DNA from: Candidatus Micrarchaeia archaeon
GTDB lineage: Archaea; Micrarchaeota; Micrarchaeia; CAILAH01
DNA: 17,275 nucleotides
Direction: 5' to 3'
Assembly: GCA_038874595.1 (NCBI GenBank)
Contig: JAVZCB010000007.1
Location: 350 to 17,624 of the forward strand
The notes below the pieces were generated by a model that searched no databases, was not told the origin of the DNA, and saw only the letters and a list, made by a program, of their open reading frames with translations. Shown piece after piece: positions 7,776 to 14,973 of this stretch; positions within the stretch are counted from its first letter, which is position 1, and each line of letters opens with the position of its first letter. The position numbers and the translations under genes are program-made.

Positions 7776-8423
7776 TTACAGCTTTATCTCTTTCCATTGC
7801 GTAACGCCGTTCATCGGTGCACGTGCAAGCACCTTCCCATCCTCATTTTTAACTTCAATCACGGCATCAACGAGGTGCTTGATTGTTGTGACCACTTTTT
7901 CATCGTGCATTCCTTCCTCTATAAGAAACAGCGTTGCCGCATTTGAGTTTTTCAGGCGTGCCCCGGTAATCTGCGTGAACCTATAAATTACTTCTGGGTT
8001 GTTGTAAAGCAGGAGTGTGGATAGTGACTGCATAACCACGCGTAGCTTTTTCTCTGGCTTGAATATCCTCTGCATAGCTTGTGCAATGCCAATGCTCAGA
8101 TCGTTAAGCGCGCTCGGCCCTGGCACCATTATATCCCTGCGCGTGCCCTGCTGTGCACCCAACGTCCATGAATAGCAGTCAATGAATACTAAATCTTTGT
8201 TTGCAAGCTCGCTTATCTTTTTGCTTTTTTCCTCAAGCTCGGCAGGTGCCACATCTGTTGTTATATATACCATCCCGTCCCCATCCTCAGCACCAGATTC
8301 AATGAACTTGAGCGCAATGCTTACCTTTTCAGAACCAGGTGGCCCTATCACCAGCACGTTTGACTTTTCTTTCAAGCCGCCGCCCATCGGCAAATCCAAT
8401 TCAGGAATCCCTATCTTCATCAT
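7776..8423 (-). CDS. KaiC/RAD55-like RecA-fold protein, degenerate Walker motifs
   Basis: GIPELD...GGGL start, Walker A position GPPGSEKV, FIDCYS, Walker B position VVMQSLSTLL, and GMHDEKVVTTIKHLVDAVIE. Confidence 0.88.
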   Translation of the reverse strand: MMKIGIPELDLPMGGGLKEKSNVLVIGPPGSEKVSIALKFIESGAEDGDGMVYITTDVAPAELEEKSKKISELANKDLVFIDCYSWTLGAQQGTRRDIMVPGPSALNDLSIGIAQAMQRIFKPEKKLRVVMQSLSTLLLYNNPEVIYRFTQITGARLKNSNAATLFLIEEGMHDEKVVTTIKHLVDAVIEVKNEDGKVLARAPMNGVTQWKEIKL

Positions 8424-8492
8424 GCAAACCTAACCCCATAACCCCGCATATGCAGGCCTTCTTTTTCTGATAAGATAATCATAACATCACGC

Positions 8493-8864
8493 TTATGCAC
8501 CCAGCATCCCAGCAATAACCCTTGCGCTTTTCTCCATGCTTACAAGCACAAGGCCGAGATTGGCATCCTTGCTTACAAGGCATGCAAGTACAGCCTGGCT
8601 GCCTGCACCCATTGCCACAAGCTTGCCTTCAGCACTCTCAATTATCGCCTGGCCAAACTCGCCAAGCTTCAGCTCACTGACAGAAGATTCGCCTGTTCCT
8701 ACTAGCGTGGCGGTCATCGCAGCAATCGTCCTGCCATCAACGTAGTTTGGCATATCGCTTGCAATCATAAGCCCATCCCGCCTCACTATCGCACTTGCCT
8801 CAACATCGCCAACCCTACGCAGGTCAGCAAGCACAGACTCAAGCTCCTGCCTTTTCTCAGCCAT
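8493..8864 (-). CDS. Roadblock/LC7 (MglB-like) protein
   Basis: 123 aa with VEASAIVRRDGLMIAS, IAAMTATL and ANLGLV, a classic Roadblock pattern. The ATG overlaps the upstream stop (TAATG). Confidence 0.95.
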   Translation of the reverse strand: MAEKRQELESVLADLRRVGDVEASAIVRRDGLMIASDMPNYVDGRTIAAMTATLVGTGESSVSELKLGEFGQAIIESAEGKLVAMGAGSQAVLACLVSKDANLGLVLVSMEKSARVIAGMLGA

Positions 8865-10015
8865 TATTTACCACCTTCAACAATCTTATCTATAAGAAGC
8901 TTAAGCGCTTCCATGCATCCCTCACCGGTTATTGCAACGGTCCCGACAACCTCGGTGTCAAGGCCAAGGAGCTCCTTTATCTTCTCAGGCTTGAGCGCGC
9001 TCTTTTCATCCTGCTTGTTTGCAGCTACAATATATGGCAAGCTATACCTTGATACGTGCGCGAGCATCTCCTTTGCGCGTGCGAGCATCTCCGGCTTTGT
9101 AGAGTCAACAACCAGTACTACACCAAACGCATCTTTGTTTAAGATGTCAAGCATAAACTCAAACCGCTCCTGGCCAGGCGTCCCGAACAAGTCAACACTA
9201 AGACCGCTGTGCTCTACATAGCCGTGGTCAAGCGCAATCGTTGTCCCCATCCTGTTTACTGAAACGGCCTTGGTACTTATCTTGTGTATGAATGTTGACT
9301 TGCCTGCGTGGAACGGCCCTGTTATAATCACTTTGGGCACGTATACTGCAATGCCATCAAACCCAACCCTGAAAGGTATGACTTTCCCAATGAATTTCCC
9401 AGGCGCCTTCACGATTTTGAAGAAACTTCTTGAGAGCATCCTGTCCTCCACGCTTTTTGCCTCTATTACATAATCAAAGTGCTCTCCTATGCGTGCGCTT
9501 TCCGTTTCATCCCACGAAGTGTAAAGGCAGAGCACCGTTACCCCTTTCTTCTTAAGCTCATCAATCTTGTCAAGCATCCCGCCCGTGAATGCATACTTAG
9601 CATCCATTCCAGACAGCGAATCAATAACCATTATGCCAGGTTTTACTTCCTGGAATGCCGCGTCAATGGCCTCAAGTATTGTTTTTGGCTTTGTTGCGTC
9701 TTTTGCGGCAAACCGCTCTGTGCTCGGTAGCCCAAGCGCGGATGAGAACGCATCAATGAACACCATTCTCCTGAATGCTTCTTGTGGATAAATATACTTT
9801 CCTATATCCTTTCTTACCTGCTCTGGGAAGGTGTTCTCTATAAAATATACACCCTGAACAGAAGGGTTTGCCTGTAATGCCTGGTATGCAAACGCCCGCG
9901 CATCAATACCCGGTGTTGTGATTATGATGACACTTTTCCCTTCAAGAAAACCTCCTGAAAGATGCTCGTCAAGCTTGGGGATACCGGAAGAAAACGGCAT
10001 GACTTTTATTTTCAC
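8864..10015 (-). CDS. fusion protein: degenerate KaiC/RAD55-like domain + MglA-like small GTPase
   Basis: N-terminal SGIPKLDEHLSGG, Walker A position TTPGIDAR, FIDAFS and VIDSLS. C-terminal G1 GPFHAGKST, G2 region GTTIALDHG, G3 FGTPGQERF, G4 NKQD, G5 TVAITG. Alternative ATG start at 10000. Confidence 0.92.
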   Translation of the reverse strand: MKIKVMPFSSGIPKLDEHLSGGFLEGKSVIIITTPGIDARAFAYQALQANPSVQGVYFIENTFPEQVRKDIGKYIYPQEAFRRMVFIDAFSSALGLPSTERFAAKDATKPKTILEAIDAAFQEVKPGIMVIDSLSGMDAKYAFTGGMLDKIDELKKKGVTVLCLYTSWDETESARIGEHFDYVIEAKSVEDRMLSRSFFKIVKAPGKFIGKVIPFRVGFDGIAVYVPKVIITGPFHAGKSTFIHKISTKAVSVNRMGTTIALDHGYVEHSGLSVDLFGTPGQERFEFMLDILNKDAFGVVLVVDSTKPEMLARAKEMLAHVSRYSLPYIVAANKQDEKSALKPEKIKELLGLDTEVVGTVAITGEGCMEALKLLIDKIVEGGK

Positions 10016-10063
10016 ACTGAATTTAATAAATTAACCTGCCATAAAAAATCATCAGGTGTTTTG

Positions 10064-10249
10064 ATGGCTGTTACAATAAATCACGAGAAGTGTATCTACT
10101 GTGGTGCTTGTGTTGCAACATGCCCCTACCTTGCACTGAGATTAAGGGAAGTGTATGTTGAAGTTTATCCTGACAAGTGCGTTGAGTGCGGGCTTTGTGC
10201 AAAGGCGTGCCCGATGGGGTGCATATCCCAGCCAAACCAGAAAAAATAA
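10064..10249 (+). CDS. 2[4Fe-4S] ferredoxin
   Basis: Two CxxCxxCxxxCP motifs (CIYCGACVATCP, CVECGLCAKACP). The AGGTG RBS supports the ATG at 10064. Confidence 0.95.
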   Translation: MAVTINHEKCIYCGACVATCPYLALRLREVYVEVYPDKCVECGLCAKACPMGCISQPNQKK

Positions 10250-10263
10250 CGGTGGTGTTTGAG

Positions 10264-11514
10264 ATGAGTTCTGAAATAATGGGGCTTCCTGGGATGAAGA
10301 ATGAGTATGATATTATAGTTGTTGGTGCAGGCCCGGCAGGGTCGCTGGCCGCACGCGAGGCTGCAAAAAAGGGCGCATCGGTGCTTGTGCTTGACCGCAG
10401 GAAAGAGCTGGGTGCACCAGTCAGGTGTGGTGAAGGTCTCGGTGCAAAGTATCCTGAGAAGTTCGGCATTAAGCTTTCTCCGGCAGCAGTGTCAGCGCAC
10501 ATCAACGGTGCGCGTGTGGTTGCACCTAACCTGAAGGATGATATAATAATCAAGACACCTGAGACAAAGGGGTACGTGCTTGACCGCAAAGTGTTTGATA
10601 AGGACCTTGCAAAAGACGCGGCACGCGCTGGGGCATCGGTTTTCTCTAAGGCAGAGGTTTATGATTTAATACAAGAAGACGGCAAGGTAAAGGGTGTCAG
10701 GGTATATTTTGATGGTGGGAGAAGAGAGGTCCGCTCCAAGATCGTGATTGCGGCTGACGGTGCAGAGTCCGTAATGGCACGCTTAGCAGGCATGAAAGAT
10801 GCTGTATCCACGCTTTACGACACTGATTATGGGATGGAGTACGAGATGACAAATGTCAAGCTTGATGAGAACGGGAGGGATTATTCCGATCTTATTGAGT
10901 TGTTTTTTGGCAGGGAGTGGGCACCGCGCGGGTATACTTGGATTTTCCCAAAAGGGAAGGATGTGGCGAACGTTGGTGTGGGTATCGGTGGGCTTGAGGC
11001 ACCAAACGCTATCCATTACCTGCACAAGTTCCTTGCAGACCCGCGGATGAAGCATAGGCTTGGCAACGCATCAATCGTTGCCACTAAGGGCGGGGCAATC
11101 CCAGTATGCCAGCCAATAAAGGAGTTTGTAAAGGATGGGTTTATGGTTGCTGGTACTGCAGCGCACCAGGTTGACCCTATACATGGTGGTGGCATTGGCC
11201 TTGCAATGAACGCAGGGCGCCTGGCAGGCATTGTTGCAGGTGAATGTGCACTTGACAACAAGGTTGACAAGGCATCGCTTGACCGATACAAGACAATGTG
11301 GTATGATGAGGAATGGGGCAAATTTAGCAAGCGCCTGACGCTTAGGAAAGTGCTTGAGAAGATGAACGATGATGACTTTAACTCAATACTCAGCACGATA
11401 AACGATGAGGATATCGACCTGGTGCTTCAGGGCAAGTTTGCACCTGTAGTGCAGAAAGTCCTTGCAAAGAGGCCGCAGCTGCTCAAGGTGTTAACAGTGC
11501 TTATTAACCTCTAA
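10264..11514 (+). CDS. geranylgeranyl reductase family flavoprotein (digeranylgeranylglycerophospholipid reductase-like)
   Basis: Motifs VVGAGPAG, PVRCGEG, LDRKVFDK, IAADG, PRGYTWIFPKG (PxxYxWxFP) and DPIHGGGI. The RBS GGTGGTG supports the ATG at 10264. Confidence 0.93.
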   Translation: MSSEIMGLPGMKNEYDIIVVGAGPAGSLAAREAAKKGASVLVLDRRKELGAPVRCGEGLGAKYPEKFGIKLSPAAVSAHINGARVVAPNLKDDIIIKTPETKGYVLDRKVFDKDLAKDAARAGASVFSKAEVYDLIQEDGKVKGVRVYFDGGRREVRSKIVIAADGAESVMARLAGMKDAVSTLYDTDYGMEYEMTNVKLDENGRDYSDLIELFFGREWAPRGYTWIFPKGKDVANVGVGIGGLEAPNAIHYLHKFLADPRMKHRLGNASIVATKGGAIPVCQPIKEFVKDGFMVAGTAAHQVDPIHGGGIGLAMNAGRLAGIVAGECALDNKVDKASLDRYKTMWYDEEWGKFSKRLTLRKVLEKMNDDDFNSILSTINDEDIDLVLQGKFAPVVQKVLAKRPQLLKVLTVLINL

Positions 11515-11662
11515 TTTTCGTTTTTTGTCCTGCCCGCAGGGGAGTGAAAGGCGCAAAAAATACCTGCAAGAGAAGCTCATTTTTTCGTTTTTTATGCTTG
11601 CTCTGCAATAGAAAATCTTTAAAACACTGCCCTGCCTAATCCTTTTCTAGTGTGTGATATAG

Positions 11663-12412
11663 ATGAATTTCAACCCGCGCATGAAGTTTGTATGGTTTAT
11701 ACAGGCACTTGCGGCAGTGCTTGTGCTGTTTGTATGGGCACTTCTCATGCTTGCACTTGTTCCGTTTGATGGTTCGTTTTTTGATGGCATCTCAAACAGG
11801 GTGCTCGTAGCAGTTATCGTGATTGCACTAGCACTATTTATTATGATAGTGGTATATGTTGGTGCAGAGCTGTTCCACCGCAATTTTGAGTATGATTTCC
11901 AGCCTGATGCGTTTGTTGTGCGCAAAGGCGTTATTGCAAGAAAAGAAATGATAATCCCCTACAAGGATATAGAATCTGCAAAGGTGCTGCGCTCTGGTGT
12001 GCACGCGCTTGACCAGATATTTGGTCTTACGTGTGTGCAGGTCAAAGCAAAAGGCAAGATTGTAATCATCCCAGGCATAACAGAACCGGAAGTGTTCTTG
12101 AGAAGATTGATGGCTAACGTGCAGGGAAACGAGATGATAAAGAACAGCGAGATATACTTATCAGAGAAGGAAATCCTGATGAAGCTGTCAGCGGATGTGA
12201 AGGCAATAGGTGAAAAAGTTGAGCAGCTGGTTGCCGAGCAGAAGCGCCAGCAGCTTGTGCAGAAGCCAACCATACAGAATTACCCATTTGAGTTCTTAAA
12301 GACCGGGAAAGATATTGAAGCAGAAAAGCTGGTAGATATAAAAACATTTGGTGGCTTAAAGAAGCCTGATGAGGATACGCTACCTCAGAAGAACAGAAAA
12401 GATAAGAAATAG
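11663..12412 (+). CDS. membrane protein with bacterial PH (bPH_2/YdbS-like) domain
   Basis: Two TM helices followed by FEY...VVRKGVIARKEMIIPYKDIESA...LDQIFGL. The C-terminal tail is coiled-coil-like. A TATA-like GAAAATCTTTAAAA lies at 11611-11624. Confidence 0.8.
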   Translation: MNFNPRMKFVWFIQALAAVLVLFVWALLMLALVPFDGSFFDGISNRVLVAVIVIALALFIMIVVYVGAELFHRNFEYDFQPDAFVVRKGVIARKEMIIPYKDIESAKVLRSGVHALDQIFGLTCVQVKAKGKIVIIPGITEPEVFLRRLMANVQGNEMIKNSEIYLSEKEILMKLSADVKAIGEKVEQLVAEQKRQQLVQKPTIQNYPFEFLKTGKDIEAEKLVDIKTFGGLKKPDEDTLPQKNRKDKK

Positions 12413-12420
12413 GTGTTTTT

Positions 12421-12609
12421 ATGTCAGGTGAGGAGGTTACAGAGTTAAACAGGTTTGAGATTGCAAGGATTATTGGAGCGCGCTCTCTTCAGCTTTCTCT
12501 GGGTGCCCCCCCAATGATACAAGTCCCCCCAAAGATGGTTGACCCGCTTGAGCTTGCTCGCGAAGAGTTCAGGCAAGGGGTCATCCCGCTGATGGTTATT
12601 CGCGGCTGA
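12421..12609 (+). CDS. rpoK: DNA-directed RNA polymerase subunit K (Rpo6)
   Basis: NRFEIARIIGARSLQLSLGAP...DPLELAREEF...IPL, with an AGGTG RBS. Confidence 0.97.
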   Translation: MSGEEVTELNRFEIARIIGARSLQLSLGAPPMIQVPPKMVDPLELAREEFRQGVIPLMVIRG

Positions 12610-12680
12610 ATTTTTCCTTCTTATCGGAATATTTAAAAATTAGCTTATTCTCAATTATCCCTCTGTAAAGCAGGAAAGGG

Positions 12681-13358
12681 ATGTTTATGGAATCAAAGAG
12701 AGTAAGTTTGTTTAAGGGCAGGAAGAATCTTGAGATGCTCGTGCATATGCGCGAAGGCAAGCTGCTTTTTAAGAAAGCAGACCTGTGCACCGATAAATCA
12801 TTGATGGATGTGCCAGTTGAAGTGCAGATGGCAAACGCATCCCTTATGCACGCTGCCAGGAATAATCTCCTGGAGAAGGGCAGGGAGGCCCTAATATCAT
12901 CGGCCAACCCAAACATATATGATAAGTTTGGGTTTACCCCATTGTTCTGGGCACTTGCAAACCGGAACGAAGACTTTGCCCTTATGCTGCTTTTGTACGA
13001 TGCTTCAATACATATGAGGAACCCGTTAGGTGAAACACCGCTTATGGTTGCATCTTATTTTGGGATGTGTGGCGTCATCAAAGAAATAATAATTAAAGGG
13101 GCAGAGCTGAACGCGCGCAACTTGTACAGGATGACTGCACTTATGTGCGCAGCACAGGGGGGAAGCGAGAATGCAGTAGCGCTTCTTATAAGTGCCGGTG
13201 CAAACCCATTGCTAAAGGACAGCAGGCACCTATCTGCACTTGACTACGCGCGCTATCTGAAGCATAGAGATGTTGAGATGCTACTGCGTGCAGTGTGTAC
13301 GCCAGGCCGGCCTCTTAAAACCGAAAACTATTTAAACAAAGAACTCGCTAAGTTGTAG
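12681..13358 (+). CDS. ankyrin repeat protein
   Basis: 33-aa periodic repeats GFTPLFWA, GETPLMVA, RMTALMCAA and HLSALDYA. Confidence 0.92.
   Translation: MFMESKRVSLFKGRKNLEMLVHMREGKLLFKKADLCTDKSLMDVPVEVQMANASLMHAARNNLLEKGREALISSANPNIYDKFGFTPLFWALANRNEDFALMLLLYDASIHMRNPLGETPLMVASYFGMCGVIKEIIIKGAELNARNLYRMTALMCAAQGGSENAVALLISAGANPLLKDSRHLSALDYARYLKHRDVEMLLRAVCTPGRPLKTENYLNKELAKL
13323..13337 (+). promoter_or_regulatory. BRE-TATA-like promoter inside the 3' end of the ankyrin gene
   Basis: GAAAACTATTTAAAC about 25-35 nt upstream of the ATG at 13361, which has no RBS (likely leaderless). Confidence 0.5.
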
Positions 13359-13360
13359 CT

Positions 13361-14953
13361 ATGAGCGCAAAAATGCTTACATTCATGATGTTTGCCCTTC
13401 TGGCAGTTATGGTGTCTGCCGCAGATTATTATATAGGAGACACGATGGCTGTATCAGAAAGCGTGCTTGGTACAGTAACTTCTGGACTGCAGGTGCAGAT
13501 TGGCAGCGATTCCACAACACATACAATCCCTTCGGGGATGCTGGACCGTGCAACTGACCCTGTAGTTATAGAAAGTGCATCAAATAATCTGGAAGCATTT
13601 TACAATAACAATGATAATGGGGGTAGCACTCTTGTAGTGGTACCTGAAGGAGTGCTTATAGAAGGCGCAAAGCTGCACACATATATGTGGGACATCCCGG
13701 ATAACAGGGAGTGCTATCAGCAGGTTTCAATTTCACCGGAGATTTCATATGTTACTCCTGGTAGCGTGATTGAGTTCCGTACTAATGTTGTAGGTGCAGA
13801 GTGGCATGTTGAGTATGGAAAGCTGTATGTGCGCGGCACAAAGGTGTTTTATACTGCACCAACTGTGCTCAATGCCAGTAGGCTTGTTGATACAGTAACT
13901 GTTGTCAAGGGCAAGTGCAAAGCTACTGCCACTGTAAATGTTGAAGCTGATAACGGGGTAAAGCTTGAAATTACAGCCCCGCAGTCACTCAAAGTGGGGA
14001 GCAGTGCATCGGTATATGCTCTTCTCAAAGATGAGTATGGTAACCCTGTCTCAGGCAAGAAAGTTAGATTTACACTGGCGTCTGCAAACGGTGTGCCCGC
14101 GGCAAGCCTTAAGGCAGGTAACGATGAAGGCCTTGTGGTTGATGCTATAACTTGGGACAATGGTAAGGCGTATGTAACTTTAAGCGCTGGCAATAAGTCT
14201 GCAAATTATACGCTTAAGGCACAGCACAACCGTGCAAACTCAATTATGAAGATAAGTGTTGTTATAGAGGATGACGGCGTTAATCCAGACGCCGGCAATA
14301 CTGACAATGATAGTAATAGTAACAGTAATGGCAATGATAATAATGGTAACAATAATGGTGGCGGAAGTTATTCTGGTGGTGGGGGTGAAAACACCGGTCA
14401 TCTTGGAAGCGGCGGTGTAAGTGTTGTAGGAGTTACCCGTGAAGAAGAGAGTGTTGAAAACAAAACAAAACCAGCAGAGGTGGAGCCCGTTTCAGAAAAG
14501 CCAGCCGAGCAGCCGGTTGCAGTAGGTACGGCCACAGCTGAGGAAGTACGTGTTACTTACTATAAGCGCGTTTATCTTGGTGAGGATATTGTGCTTACCC
14601 TGAAATATTCCAATGGCGAGCCTGTTGTTGGCAGGAGAGTTACAATATCTAGCCAGGATGGTTCAGCTGAGGTTGAAAGCGACCAGCAAGGTGTTGCTAG
14701 GTATACGCCAAAATCGATTGGTGATTATCGTATAAGGATAGAGGGCTCAACGAACGAGCTTACAGTAAAAGTCGTTGAGAAGCCAACCGCTCATGTGGAG
14801 GAGCAGAAGCCTAAAGAGGCAACATTTGATATCGTTGCCGCACTAACAGGCGGGAACACATCTTCATTGCCGTTGATTGCAGTCCTGCTTGTAGTGCTCG
14901 TGCTGGTGGTTGGTGCTGCAGTATATTTCTTAAACCAGAAAGAAGAGATGTAA
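13361..14953 (+). CDS. cell-surface protein with Ig-like (Big_1/invasin-like) domains and C-terminal TM anchor
   Basis: Signal peptide, LKDEYGNPVSGKKVRFT and LKYSNGEPVVGRRVTI motifs, N/G/S-rich linker, and a C-terminal hydrophobic helix with a short charged tail. Confidence 0.85.
   Translation: MSAKMLTFMMFALLAVMVSAADYYIGDTMAVSESVLGTVTSGLQVQIGSDSTTHTIPSGMLDRATDPVVIESASNNLEAFYNNNDNGGSTLVVVPEGVLIEGAKLHTYMWDIPDNRECYQQVSISPEISYVTPGSVIEFRTNVVGAEWHVEYGKLYVRGTKVFYTAPTVLNASRLVDTVTVVKGKCKATATVNVEADNGVKLEITAPQSLKVGSSASVYALLKDEYGNPVSGKKVRFTLASANGVPAASLKAGNDEGLVVDAITWDNGKAYVTLSAGNKSANYTLKAQHNRANSIMKISVVIEDDGVNPDAGNTDNDSNSNSNGNDNNGNNNGGGSYSGGGGENTGHLGSGGVSVVGVTREEESVENKTKPAEVEPVSEKPAEQPVAVGTATAEEVRVTYYKRVYLGEDIVLTLKYSNGEPVVGRRVTISSQDGSAEVESDQQGVARYTPKSIGDYRIRIEGSTNELTVKVVEKPTAHVEEQKPKEATFDIVAALTGGNTSSLPLIAVLLVVLVLVVGAAVYFLNQKEEM
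14297..14415 (+). repeat. low-complexity Asn/Ser/Gly-rich coding tract
   Basis: Encodes NTDNDSNSNSNGNDNNGNNNGGGSYSGGGGENTGHLGSGG, rich in AAT/AGT/GGT codons. Confidence 0.8.
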
Positions 14954-14973
14954 AAAGCAAAATGGTGAGTTGA

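Noticed and set aside
7776-10015. Circadian KaiABC clock
   Set aside because: Single-domain degenerate RecA folds, no KaiA or KaiB, and no double-domain KaiC.
9962-10263. Upstream extensions of ferredoxin (from 9962) and reductase (from 10186)
   Set aside because: They overlap neighbouring genes. RBS-supported ATGs are at 10064 and 10264.
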